A stretch of DNA of 64,000 nucleotides, taken from positions 59,473 to 123,472 of the forward strand of contig CAWCFT010000003.1 of the NCBI GenBank assembly GCA_963794945.1. Reading direction: 5' to 3'. Within the stretch, counting starts at the first letter, position 1. Each line of letters begins with the position of its first letter. Shown piece after piece: positions 29,524-41,203 of this stretch. This DNA comes from Endomicrobiales bacterium (GTDB lineage: Bacteria > Elusimicrobiota > Endomicrobiia > Endomicrobiales > CAWCFT01). A program made the translations under genes and the position numbers. A model generated the notes under the pieces. That model made no database searches. It had not been told where the DNA came from and worked only from the letters and a program-made list of their open reading frames with translations.

Positions 29524-31470
29524 TCAATTGTTAACTTTACGATTCTTGATCCAGTTCAAAAGCCCGCCCGCGAAAAGTATATCTTTTTGCCTGGGAGTCA
29601 GGTCGTAAGCGAGCACGGTCTCTTCCCTGCCGAGCCGGTTCTTGTTGCTTATCACGGCGTTTATGGTCCCCTTGCCGGGCTTAATGTTTCCGGAAACAGA
29701 CGGCATCTCAAAAACCGAGCCCTGGGTTATATAATCGAAGTCAGCCGCGTTGATAAATGTCAGGGGCAAAATTCCGAAGTTGATAAGGTTGGCGAGGTGT
29801 ATCCTCGCGAACGATTTCGCCACAACCGCGCGCACGCCCAGGTATTTTGGAGCGAGAGCCGCGTGTTCCCTTGACGAGCCCTGCCCGTAATTCTCACCGG
29901 CCACTATGACCCCGGACTTAGCGTTCTTCGCGCGTTTAGCGAAATCCTTATCAACCGCCGCGAAAGTATATTCCGATATCGCGGGCAGGTTCGAGCGCAG
30001 CGGCAGTATTTTTGAGCCAGCCGGCAGTATGTGGTCGGTGGATATATTGTCGCCGAGCTTGATCAGGACCTCTGAATTGAAACTCTTTTCGAGCGGCGCG
30101 AACTCGGGCAGTGGCTTTATGTTCGGGCCGCGCGATATTTCGATCTTAGAGCCGTTCTTGGAAGGCAATATAAACAGTTTGTCGGCATCGGTAAAGCTTT
30201 TCGGGAGCTTTATTTTTGGGTAAGCTCCAAAAAAATCTCTCGGATCGGTTATTTTTCCGGAGAGGGCTGCCGCGGCCGCGACTTCGGGAGAGCACAAGTA
30301 GACCTTCGCGTCTTTTGTGCCGGACCTTCCCTCGAAATTACGGTTGAATGTCCGCAAGGACACAGCTCCGCTGGAAGGAGCCTGGCCCATGCCTATGCAG
30401 GGACCGCACGCGCACTCGAGCACTCTCGCGCCGCTCATGATGATGTCGGCCAGAGCCCCGGAATCGGCCAGCATGGACATAACCTGCCTGGAGCCCGGAG
30501 ATATAACGAGGCTAACGTCGGGGTGAACCTTTTTGCCTTTCAGAACCGCCGCCACAAGCAGCATATCTTTCAGAGACGAATTTGTGCAGGAGCCTATCGC
30601 TACCTGCTGAACGGCGGTACCCGCGACTTCACTGACCTTTTTGACGTTGTCCGGGCTGTGGGGCAGAGCTATCAGAGGCTCAAGCATTGAGAGGTCGATC
30701 GTTATCTCCTCATCGTACTCCGAGCCTTCTTCGGCAATCAATTCGTTATAGTTTTTAACGCGTCCCTGGGAGGCGAGAAAATCTCTTGTTATATCATCTG
30801 ACGGGAATATAGTGGTCGTTGCTCCAAGCTCCGTGCCCATGTTGGTGATCGTCGCGCGCTCCGGCACCGAAAGCGTTTTGACGCCGGGCCCAGCGAACTC
30901 AAATATCTTGCCTCTTCCGCCCTTGACCGATAAGCGGCGAAGTAGCTCAAGTATAATATCTTTCGCGCTTACCCACGCACTCAGTTTCCCTTTGAGCGTG
31001 ACCTTTACGACCTTAGGCATCGTGATAAAGAACGGCTCGCCTGCCATAGCGCAGGCCACGTCAAGCCCGCCCGCACCGAACGCAAGCATGCCTATTCCGC
31101 CGCCTGTTGGCGTGTGCGAGTCGGAACCTATAAGCGTTTTGCCGGGTATGCCGAAACGCTCCAGGTGCAGCTGGTGACATATACCGTTGCCGGCCGGAGA
31201 AAATATTACACCGTATTTCGCTGCCGCCGACTGCAGGTAGCGGTGGTCGTCCGCATTCTCAAAACCGTTCTGTAGGGTGTTGTGGTCAACGTAGCTTACC
31301 GAAAGCTCTGTCTTTACTTTAGGCACGCCCATAGCCTCGAACTGGAGATAGGCCATGGTTCCGGTCGCGTCCTGTGTGAGGGTTTGGTCTATCTTGAGGC
31401 CCACTTCTTCGCCTATGTTCATTTTTCCTGAAACAAGGTGCGCGGATATGATCTTTCTGGTGATGTTCAT
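29524..31470 (-). CDS. Aconitate hydratase (~650-aa type)
   Basis: QDATGTM, GICHQ, GSDSHT, IGSCTN, CGPCIGMG, TFNRNF, NYGQGSSREHAA. Confidence 0.93.
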   Translation of the reverse strand: MNITRKIISAHLVSGKMNIGEEVGLKIDQTLTQDATGTMAYLQFEAMGVPKVKTELSVSYVDHNTLQNGFENADDHRYLQSAAAKYGVIFSPAGNGICHQLHLERFGIPGKTLIGSDSHTPTGGGIGMLAFGAGGLDVACAMAGEPFFITMPKVVKVTLKGKLSAWVSAKDIILELLRRLSVKGGRGKIFEFAGPGVKTLSVPERATITNMGTELGATTTIFPSDDITRDFLASQGRVKNYNELIAEEGSEYDEEITIDLSMLEPLIALPHSPDNVKKVSEVAGTAVQQVAIGSCTNSSLKDMLLVAAVLKGKKVHPDVSLVISPGSRQVMSMLADSGALADIIMSGARVLECACGPCIGMGQAPSSGAVSLRTFNRNFEGRSGTKDAKVYLCSPEVAAAAALSGKITDPRDFFGAYPKIKLPKSFTDADKLFILPSKNGSKIEISRGPNIKPLPEFAPLEKSFNSEVLIKLGDNISTDHILPAGSKILPLRSNLPAISEYTFAAVDKDFAKRAKNAKSGVIVAGENYGQGSSREHAALAPKYLGVRAVVAKSFARIHLANLINFGILPLTFINAADFDYITQGSVFEMPSVSGNIKPGKGTINAVISNKNRLGREETVLAYDLTPRQKDILFAGGLLNWIKNRKVNN

Positions 31471-31622
31471 TTAAGGTCCTTTAGTTGTATTGCGAGCATA
31501 AAACAGGGTTGTACCCGCTCTATTGGGTTATATTTTATCAAATTATCCGTGTCAAGACAACACGACGAATTGCCTGGGGATGAATAGATTACAGAGGGCA
31601 GGGGGAATGAAAAAGTGAGGAT

Positions 31623-32632
31623 TTACAGTTTTAAGGTAAGGGAAATACGATTTGTGGCGTCAAACCCGTTCGTGGTGACGTAAGCGTAGTCGATGCGGAC
31701 TACATTGTGTGAAAGATCCCTGTTATTGGAGGCTTCTTTCCACCATGAATCGTCGCTGTTGCCTCCGCCGAAAGATATCGGCGTAAGAATTCCTATGCCC
31801 GCCGTGAAGCCTCCCGCGGACGAAGTGTTGTATCCGGCGCGCAGAGTGAAAACATCGCTTACGGCGTATTCCGTGCCTAGGTGCATGCAGGTGTCGGAAT
31901 CAACAGGTTGTTCTCCGTCAACGGCCACGCAGAACTTTTTTGTTACGTTATATGCCAGCCCTGCCCTGACGTCCATGGGAAGCTTATTGTCGAAATCAAG
32001 CCCCAAGTCATTTACCGTGGTTTTAAGGCTTGCGCCTATGTTCTGCCCGGAAATACCAAAACGGAGGTTTGGTGAAAGTTTTAAAGCAAGCCGCAATCGC
32101 AGGCGATACCGGTGCTGCTGTCGCTGCCGAGGTTCTGCTGTATATCTTTTGCCATGAAGCCGAAAGACATTGTAGGGGTTATGTTCAGCGCGACGCCCGC
32201 GCCTATCACAAGCCCGCTCGGGCTAATGCTGCCGGCGCTGTTGCCCTGGGCATCCCTCGCGTCGACAGAACCCAGCGAAATCGATGTAGCGTTGACAAGT
32301 ATCGAGCTTGCCCTCTTCGGCCCGAAAGGGATCGCAAGGGCCGCGTAAGTTGCGGATATATCCTCGATAAAACTGTTGTAAGCTGCGGTAAACTGCGGCC
32401 CGCCAAGCGCCACCGGGCCCGCGGGGTTCCACCACGCGCATTCGACGTCGCTGCTTTGCCCCACGAACGCGCCGCCCATGCCCTGCGCCCTCGCGCCCTG
32501 GTCCATCCTCAAGAAAACAGCGGTAGCGGTACCGCTCTGGTCACTGGCAAAAAGATTCAGCGGGACAGCCGAAAGAACGATCGCCGTTATCGCGGACAAG
32601 GCAGTTAATTTTGTGATCTTTGTGATATCCAT
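31623..32632 (-). CDS. PorV/PorQ-like outer-membrane beta-barrel (frameshift near 32090)
   Basis: AVFLRMDQGARAQGMGGAF...WWNPAG; LPMDVRAGLAY; FTLRAGY; RIDYAY...NRISLTLKL. Confidence 0.8.
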
Positions 32633-32649
32633 AGTTTTTTAAACCGCGG

Positions 32650-34900
32650 CTATTGTATTATTATAAGCTTCTGGAACTTAGGCGTACTCGAGACCGACGG
32701 GGACGACAGCCTATAAAGGTAAACGCCTGTCGCCAGCTTGCTGCCGGATTGGTTGACGAGAGCCCAGGTTTTTGTCTGTGCTCCGGATTGCGTTACGCTC
32801 CAGCTATCCTGATAGAGCTGTTCTCCGAGTATATTGTAAACCTCAAGCTTTATAGTTGCGGGCGCGTTGATAGTGTAGGCGAACGTTACAAAGTTGGCGC
32901 CCCTGACAGGGTTAGGATAGGCGAAAGTAGATTGCGCAAACGCCGTGGAAACACCCGTGGCGGAGATGTTAACGGTGAAATTATATATGGTTGCGGAAGC
33001 TGTGTTGCCATTCGTGTCCACAGGAACTATTTTAACCGTATATACGCCGTTCGTTGACTGCTGGGGAAATGTTAATGTGACCGTATTCGAGCCGTTGTTG
33101 GAGACTGTCACCGGAATTGTATTTGTTGTTGGCCCCGTAAGGGTTACCTGTGAGTTCGTAAGGCTGATGCCGGGTCCGCCGGTGTCGCTCATCTGCACGG
33201 AAAGAGTGGCAAAAGGCTGGGTCAGTACGACTCCGCCAGTAAGCGCAAGGCTAGTGCCGCCGGCGGATATTCCTGAGATTGTTGGTGGTGTTGTGACTGT
33301 GCCTGTTTGGGAAGCTGTGCGGTCAATTGTGACGTTTCCTGTGATGACCCTGTCGTTTCCGGAATTGTCTATGGCATGGTTGCCGGAATCATCGGTTCCG
33401 GATATGGCAAAGACATAGTTATTGTTAGGCAGTGAAACACCTGTGTCATCAAAGCCATTCCATGTTTCAGTTTGAGAGCCTGCTGTTCTTTGAAATACAA
33501 AAACTTTTTTTAGGTTTGAAGCAACATAAGGGACAGGGTCTCCAGCGACGTAGGTATAGGTGGAAGCACCATTCAGGTAATTCATAGAGCCGGATACGGA
33601 CGCCATGTAAAAAGTCGTTCCCGGTGTGCATATTACTATTTTAATAGTCGCGCCGCCATCATCGGAGCTCGCTCCCGCAAGGGTGTACTTTATATTCGCA
33701 AGCGGGATAGTTTGGGTTATGCCTGTAGAGGCAACGTCAACAATACGCAGGACGTCGTATGCAATAACGCCTCCAGCAGTTATCGCTGCACCATTTCCAT
33801 CTAGACTATTATAGGCGTCAAAAGTGAAAGAATAAAGGCCATTTGGCACAATAAGCCCTGAATCATTTCTGCCGTCCCACATTTCTTCATTAGCATTCTG
33901 GTCCCATTTGCCCGGATTGGAATCAGCACTTCCGTCTCCGTCAACTCTCGGGACCGTGCTTACTATCACCCTAACTTCTGAGCCGGTTTGGTCGAAAATT
34001 TTCCACGTCGCATAAGCGTTATCGCTTAAATAATAGTCATAATAAAAAGGTGCTCCGTAACTTAACTGACTAGTGCCTAACATAGTATATTCAAGCCCTT
34101 TACCGGCGTTAGTGTGAACTACGCTGACTGTTGTAGCTTTTTGAAAAGTAGCTCCGATTGAGGTATTTGCGTTACCGCTTCCATCGATCGCAGTCGCCGT
34201 AAGAATATATGTGCCGTTGCGTTTATCCCCGTTGTGCACATAAATGGTGCCGTCCCATTGAAAAGTAGTCGTGGCTGAATAGTTTGATGAACTAACCACA
34301 ACATTTAATGGAACTGTAGGGGTTTGGAGGAAAATGGATTCTGGAGAAACAGATGTTTGTATGTCAATGCCGACATAAGCAGGCGGGAATATTGGGTCGC
34401 CATATTGGCCTCTGACAGTTATTGTATAGGTCATAACGCTACCGTCAGGAGTAATAACATTGCTTGTCACTCCTCCAACCTTAGAAGTGACACTTGTAAC
34501 GACGGGTTTTTCAACTGTACAGGTGACAAATTGCTGGTTTGATATATCCTGGCCGCCGTTGCCGTCATCGATACCTATTCTCACGTAATATATCTGACCG
34601 CTGGCCCCATTCAGCCATGTGGCGTTCTGGTTGATATGAGGTGTACCAACACAAGGCGCGGTTCTGCGTGGCAATTGCCGCAGCTTGGCATTGCGCAAAG
34701 GTAAAGCTATTCATAGAAGTAGTGGAAATAAAAATTAAATATGTTGCGGCAACATTATTAGTGGATGTGTTCCAAAAGAAAACTATTGGCCCGGAGTAGT
34801 TTACAGCCGCATCAAATTGGGGGGCAATGACTGCAAATGAAATAGCAGGTATTAAGGAGAGGAAAAGGAAAGTAAACAAAAGTCTACAAAATTTTCCCAT
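32650..34900 (-). CDS. Secreted FlgD-Ig-repeat protein with T9SS-CTD-like C-terminus (frameshift near 34660)
   Basis: Signal peptide MGKFCRLLFTFLFLSLIPAISFA; repeated WDG/WNG...NG.Y motifs; C-terminal FAYPNPV...LEVYNILGE...LATGVYLYRL. Confidence 0.8.
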
Positions 34901-35109
34901 AAGTAACACCAATATAATAAAACATTGTTCAAATGTCAAGGCTTTTGGCAAAAAATAGCAGGCAAGAATTAATAAGACAGGGTTGCGATTCCCAAAACAT
35001 TTTCTATGCAAGGCAGAAAAATCGGACATCGCGATAGGTTTGACTTGAAAAGACGTTTTTGTTTTGCACTATACTATTATACTGCGTCATGTTCTTTAGT
35101 CTATAGTTA

Positions 35110-35571
35110 TTATAATGTTGACTTTTTAAGTCTTTTTAAATCTTTGATGTCTTTGTCCCTGCCGAAATATTCTTTCAATTTAATCAAATCTTCTTTTGAA
35201 ATGAAATGCGCCACTGTCCCTTTAAAGGTTCCGGTTTGTTTATGGGAATAAGCATCTTCAAATGAAAGCTTTTCCTGCGAGTTGAAAATATCTATTCTGT
35301 TTGGCTCTTTGCCTATAAAGAATATCTCTTTATCACCCAACAGTTCTGCCTTGTCGATTTCCAGCCCGCAGAATTCCTTGATCGCTTTAGCGCAACGTTC
35401 GGCGTTAGGCTCGGTTTTCCTTATCCAAAAATCAATATCTTGAGTTTCTCTAGGAATTTTTGTGTGAAATATGGTAGAGTACGCCCCTATAACAAGATAA
35501 TCTACCTTATTAATATTTAGAAGGTCTATGAACTCTTTATAGTCATTCTCAACTTGTTTTTCTTCTACCAT
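35110..35571 (-). CDS. Nucleotidyltransferase-like protein
   Basis: YLVIGAYS..H..PRETQDIDF; DLIKLK..GRDKDIKDL. Confidence 0.75.
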   Translation of the reverse strand: MVEEKQVENDYKEFIDLLNINKVDYLVIGAYSTIFHTKIPRETQDIDFWIRKTEPNAERCAKAIKEFCGLEIDKAELLGDKEIFFIGKEPNRIDIFNSQEKLSFEDAYSHKQTGTFKGTVAHFISKEDLIKLKEYFGRDKDIKDLKRLKKSTL

Positions 35572-35758
35572 GGGTGTTCCTGTCTATCCGTGCCGGCTCA
35601 TTACTGCAAAAGAAACCTTTTCTTGCGGTTCTGATCTTGCCCAATACATTAAGGGCTGTCTCGAAATCCTTTGCCACATTTAAGGATTCCACTTCTTCAT
35701 GAGTGCCAGTCCCGTAAAGTATTTCGCGGTTGTTTTTAACGACCTTATTTAATTTCAT
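35549..35758 (-). CDS. Small hypothetical protein overlapping the NTase gene (possible partner)
   Basis: 69-aa ORF overlapping the NTase start; TTGAAA...TAAAAA-like promoter upstream. Confidence 0.5.
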   Translation of the reverse strand: MKLNKVVKNNREILYGTGTHEEVESLNVAKDFETALNVLGKIRTARKGFFCSNEPARIDRNTHGRRKTS

Positions 35759-35824
35759 GATATTTTTATACCATATCCTTGTATATATTTCAAGGCTCGG
35801 CGTGAAAAATAGAGGCGCAGAAAA

Positions 35825-38439
35825 TCACGCTTTATTGGTTTTATTAAAAACTATCGTCTCGCCCGAGTAGTCGCGTTTGAGGTCGGCGGCGACTTCATCG
35901 CCTTCTTTAAACTCTCCGGAAATTATTTTTGTGGAGAGCGGGTTAAGTATCAGTTTCTGGAGAACGCGCTTGAGCTGGCCTCGCGCCGAAGGCTGGGTCG
36001 TAGCCTTCTTTCGCTATAAAGTTCCGGGCGCTTTTCGAAAGAATCAGTGTTATTTTCCTTTCACCGAGACGTTTTTCTATAAGTTTAAGCTGTATGTCTA
36101 TTATACCCTGAAGCTCGTCGGCTCCCAGCCGCCTGAATATAATGGTTTCATCTATGCGGTTTAGGAACTCGGGTTTGAAATGGGCGCTCAGCGCTTCGAG
36201 GACACGTTTTTTTATCTCGTTATAATCTGTGCTTTCCTGTATCCAGTTGGAGCCAATGTTGGACGTCATTATCACAACGGTGTTTTTGAAATCTACGGTC
36301 CTGCCCTGGCCGTCTGTCAGCCTGCCGTCATCAAGTATCTGCAGGAAAATGTTAAAGACCTCCGCGCTCGCTTTTTCTATTTCATCAAAAAGGATGACAG
36401 AATAAGGCCTGCGCCGCACAGCCTCGGTAAGCTGGCCGCCTTCTTCGAAGCCCACGTAGCCGGGAGGGGCGCCTATGAGCCGGGCAACCGAGTGTTTTTC
36501 CATGTATTCCGACATATCGATGCGTATGAGGTTCTTTTCATCATTAAACAGTATCTCTGCAAGGGCTTTGGCGAGCTCGGTCTTGCCCACGCCGGTTGGC
36601 CCAAGGAATATGAACGAGCCTATGGGCTTGTTGGGGTCAGAAAGGCCCGAGCGGGAACGGCGTATGGCATCGGATATATGTGTAACGGCCTCGTCCTGGC
36701 CCACTACACGCTCGTGAATGCGCTCTTCAAGCTTCAATAGCTTGGCCACCTCGCCTTCCATCATTCTTGAAACGGGTATGCCGGTCCACTTGCTTACAAC
36801 CTCAGCTATATCTTCCTCATCAACTTCCTCTTTGAGCATCTTAGTTTCTTTCTGGAACTCTTCAAGTTTATTGTTGAGTTTATCTATAGTTTTCTGGTTT
36901 TCGGGTATCTTGCCGTAGCGGATCTCGGCCACTTTGTCGAGGTTGCCGTTGCGTTCGGCTTTAGTCTCTTCAAGTTTGAGGCCTTCGGCCTCTTCTTTTA
37001 AAGAGCGAATCTCCGAAATGACTTCTTTTTCCTTTTTCCAATGGGTTTTCATCACGGCCGAGTTCTTTTTAAGCTCCTCAAGCTCCTTTTCCATTACAGC
37101 AAGACGCTCTTTGGAGGCCACATCGGTCTCTTTTTTAACGGCTTGGCGCTCAATTTCCAGCTGACGTATCTTCCTTTCCGCTTCGTCCAGTTCGGCCGGC
37201 ATGGAATCTATCTCTATGCGCAGCCTGGCAAGCCGCCTCATCAATTAAGTCTATAGCCTTATCCGGCAGGAACCTGTCGGCTATATATCTTGAGCTGAGC
37301 GTTGCCGCGGCCACCAGCGCGGTATCCTTTATCCTAACACCGTGATGGACCTCGTAACGTTCCTTTAGGCCGCGGAGTATGGCTATTGTGTCAGGAACGG
37401 AAGGCTCGCCTACATATATAGTTTGGAACCGGCGTTCCAGAGCAGCATCCTTTTCTATGTGTTTACGGTATTCGTCAAGTGTTGTAGCCCCCACCATGCG
37501 GAGTTCGCCCCTGGCAAGCATGGGTTTGAGCATGTTGGCGGCGTTTACCGCCCCTTCAGCCGCGCCGGCGCCTACTATTGTGTGGAGCTCATCAATAAAT
37601 AAAATGACCATGCCTTCCGCTGATTGTATCTCTTTGAGCACGGCTTTCAGCCTGTCTTCGAACTCGCCGCGGTATTTCGCGCCTGCCACAAGCGAACCCA
37701 AATCTAGCGATATAACCCGCTTATCTTTAAGGGTTTCGGGTATGTCCCCTGAAACTATGCGTTGGGCAAGGCCCTCAACAATAGCTGTTTTACCCACGCC
37801 CGGTTCACCTATCAGGACGGGATTGTTCTTCGTGCGCCTGGCCAGCACTTGTATGGTGCGGCGTATTTCGTCATCACGACCTATAACTGGGTCCAGTTTG
37901 CCGCGTTTGGCGAGGTTTGTCAGGTCGCGTGAGTATTTCTCAAGGGCCTGGTATTTTGCTTCTGGGTTCTGGTTCGTTATGGTTTGGGTGCCTCTGATGT
38001 CTACAAGAGCCTTGAGCACCGCATCCCGGCTTACGCCGTTCTTTTTTAAAACTGCCGCGGCATAGGATGAACCCTCTTCAATTACTGCCAGCAGAAAATG
38101 TTCAGTAGAGGTAAACTCATCTTTGAGTTTTTTCGCTTCTTTTTCCGCTATCGAAAAGGCCTTATTGAGGCTGTTGGAAACGTAAACCGAGCCGCCACTG
38201 ACCTTTGGTTTTTTAGCTAACTCGTTAGTAAGCTCGGTTGCCACAGCTTCAGAAAGCGGCGTTCCGCTCTGGAGCGGGGAAACCCGGTCAATAATAGTTT
38301 TAACAACGCCATCGGCCTGCCGAATAAGGGCTAAAAGCAGATGTTCGGGAAGTATTTCCTGGTGGCCGAGGTTTGTCGCGACGTTTTGCATATCGCTGAG
38401 AGCTTCCTGCGCTTTGATGGTAAGTTTGTTTGTGTTCAT
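35825..38439 (-). CDS. clpB: Chaperone ClpB (frameshifts near 37225 and 35978)
   Basis: [22 protein letters not shown]-domain coiled coil, [21 protein letters not shown](L)KR. Confidence 0.95.
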
Positions 38440-38467
38440 GTGGTTACCCCCTAAAATGGGTTCTTAA

Positions 38468-38494
38468 TTGGCACTCTTTTACACTGAGTGCTAA
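38468..38494. promoter_or_regulatory. CIRCE element (HrcA operator)
   Basis: TTGGCACTC-N9-GAGTGCTAA, upstream of clpB. Confidence 0.93.
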
Positions 38495-38522
38495 TTATAA
38501 CACAGAATTTAATTCTTGTCAA
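38494..38522 (-). promoter_or_regulatory. Consensus sigma70 promoter of clpB
   Basis: TTGACA-N17-TATAAT abutting CIRCE. Confidence 0.9.
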
Positions 38523-38677
38523 GAGATGTAGAGCTAAGAGTTGGTCAAAACTCATTTTACCGTTTTAGAGTTTGGGACAAAACAGCAAAAATACGCACCT
38601 GTATTCCATAGGGATCACAGGTGTGTTTTTAAATAAGCTTGGGAACATATTTTTATGCTTTGACGAAACGAAGCTTG

Positions 38678-39322
38678 CTAAAAAGCACCGCTTATGCTCT
38701 GACCGTTTACCGTCCCCGAGACAGTCGCGTTGTCGCTCGAGTCTACCATAACAGTGACATCCATACTAATGGTAGTTGATATACCGCCGCCTGAAAATGT
38801 CAGGCCTGAAGTGGTAATTGTCATGGAATAAAGGGTTGCGCCGGTCGTATTAAAATTACCGGTGATGGTGACGGTCCCGTTCATTGTATATACTGACCCG
38901 CCGCTGGTCCATTTAAAAGATTGCATCGCTTCGGTGACCGAAAAAGAAAAGTTGCTGCTGGAGATTATAGTGTAAGAGCCGCTTACGACTACCTGTCCGC
39001 CGCTTGGGCCGCTTACAGTAGTAGAAGGTATGGGTGAGCTGCGGCGTATCGCTTTTTGGATCGCTCCAAATTTAGCCGGACTCAGTCCGGCCTTCGCAAG
39101 AGCGGTTGAAAATTCTGAGAAGACTTCACTGACAACCGCAACGCTCTGTGAGTTTGAGATACTTGACCCATTCCCCGGGTTGCCGTTGCCAGTTGTTGTC
39201 GTACCATGGTTCCCGGAATAAACATACGTTCCGATCAGTTTTTGATTGGTTTTATTGTCTCCGCAGCCGATAAAAGCGACGGCTGCAGCGAGGGCTATGC
39301 AAATATATAAGTATTTCTTCAT
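38678..39322 (-). CDS. Lipoprotein of unknown function (beta-rich, Ser/Thr/Gly-rich)
   Basis: Lipobox FIGC; RBS AGGAG. Confidence 0.75.
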   Translation of the reverse strand: MKKYLYICIALAAAVAFIGCGDNKTNQKLIGTYVYSGNHGTTTTGNGNPGNGSSISNSQSVAVVSEVFSEFSTALAKAGLSPAKFGAIQKAIRRSSPIPSTTVSGPSGGQVVVSGSYTIISSSNFSFSVTEAMQSFKWTSGGSVYTMNGTVTITGNFNTTGATLYSMTITTSGLTFSGGGISTTISMDVTVMVDSSDNATVSGTVNGQSISGAF

Positions 39323-39343
39323 GGTTTTTTCACTCTCCTTTTA

Positions 39344-40206
39344 TTATATGTTTACCAGATAGGTTACTCCAGCGATTATCCTGTAATCGAACACCCTGTA
39401 TTGCTCTTCGCCAAGCGAAAGGTCAACGCCAAGTTTTGTCTTCCAATTGCCCGTGTTGTAGCTGGCCGTCGAGCACGAGGTCGGTTCGGTCACCTGAACT
39501 TCCAGACTGGGAAACGCCGTCGTACGAAGACTCGGACAGGCTGTTGTAATAAAGTTCCGCGCCCCAGTTGATGCGCGCCCACATTTTCTCGGCTCCTACG
39601 CCAAGGGTGAGCACATCGCCGGGCTGCTGCTTAATGCCGTTTTCATCATTAAATGAGCCTTTGATGTCATAGGCTAGGTTGATGTTCAGGATGCACGGCC
39701 CGAGGTCTTTTCTAGCCGCAAGCAGAGGGATAATGTCAGTGCCTTGCTTGAAATGACCGGGGAGCTTGGTGCTTGAGGCACCGGTTGTAAGGGATAATGA
39801 CAGTTTGCCGGCAACATTCCAACCGCTCCACATGCCGCTGTATTTGCCGCTGATTATTGAATCGGCGAGGCCCGCGTCGTTGGTGGTTGTGTCGGATCCG
39901 GTAAGCTGAGTTTCACTGCTGATGGAGCTGTAAGGAATGATTATGGCAGTTTCTATTGCTGGTGAGAAAGCGTAACGCGCAAAAATGGATTCAACCATGT
40001 CCGTGTACGTTATCGTCGCTACGGTATTGCCGGCGCTGTTTGTAAGCTTTGTTCTGGTCATACCCGTAAAAAATATCTCCCAACCCAATTTCCAGAATCC
40101 CCGGTTTCTGGACATTTCCGGCCTGCTCAAGTACGAGAGGCTCGGCCATCAGGTACCGCGATATTGCTGTTAAAAGCACAACTAAAACTAATAGCATTTT
40201 GCGCAC
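39344..40206 (-). CDS. Outer-membrane beta-barrel (MetA-pathway/transporter-like), frameshifts near 40148 and 39463
   Basis: Signal peptide; IIIPY, AGLADSIISGKY, SLTTG; restored C-terminus RIIAGVTYLVNI. Confidence 0.6.
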
Positions 40207-40397
40207 GATGACCCCCTTTTTATTTTTCAGCCTTGCAATTTCGGTTTATTCCGGCTGAAGATTTGTATAAATGTATTTTAAATAACTATTGATTTTATTG
40301 TCAAAAAAAAACAATCAAAAACAGAAAAAACCACCGATTAAGGTAGTTTTAGGAAGAAAAAAGTCAGGGGAAAGTATTTAAGCGAAGATAGAAGGTG

Positions 40398-41128
40398 TTA
40401 TTTTTTGAGGTTTTTCGACCAGTCTTCAAATTCTTTTTTTATTTCTTCTTTCTTTTCGTCAAGGTATTTATCAATGTGGGCGATCACGCCTTCTTTTGAT
40501 TCCACTTTCTTGAGGCGTTCTTCGAGTTTTTCCTGCTCCTTAATAACGAAGCGTATGGCGTCAGCTATCGGGTCCGGCAGTTTGCCATGTTCGAGTTGTT
40601 CTATCTCTGCCGCGCTAAAGCCGAGGCCCACGCGGGCTGGCACGCCTACAGCTGTCGCTCCCGCGGGTACATCATGAATAACTACCGAGCCCGCGCCGAT
40701 GCGCGAGTTGGTTCCCAGTGTTATCGCTCCAAGAACTATAGCGTTCGAACCGACCACAACATTGTTGCCCAAGGTCGGATGGCGTTTCTTTTTCTCAGTG
40801 ACGTGCCGCCAAGAACGACACCCTTGTATATCAGCACATCATCGCCTATCTCAGCGGTTTCGCCTATCACAACACCCATGCCATGATCGATGAAGAAGCG
40901 CCTGCCTATTGTCGCTCCGGGGTGTATCTCTATGCCGGTCAGGAAGCGGGCGAAATGAGAAACGAGCCGGCCAAAAAGGAAAAACTTTGCTTTGTAAAGA
41001 GAATGGGCAAGCCGATGGAACCACAGTGCGTGCAGGCCTGGGTAGCAAGTCACTACCTCGAGCCACGATCTCGCTGCCGGGTCCATGTGAAATATAGTTG
41101 ATATGTCTTCTCTGATAGTTTTAAACAT
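40398..41128 (-). CDS. cysE: Serine O-acetyltransferase (frameshift near 40795)
   Basis: [44 protein letters not shown]. Confidence 0.93.
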
Positions 41129-41203
41129 ATTGTTATTCTACCATATTTGCGGTCAAATGTGCAGATAGCGGCCGACTGAACTTTAGTGAGGAAGTGCCGC
41201 ACT

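Noticed and set aside
3057..41128. Mass pseudogenisation (rsfS, pilT, LCP, proA, clpB, cysE, porV-like and others split)
   Set aside because: Breaks are isolated single-base indels in otherwise intact, motif-complete genes, with no in-frame nonsense decay and with recurring sequence context; sequencing error is more parsimonious
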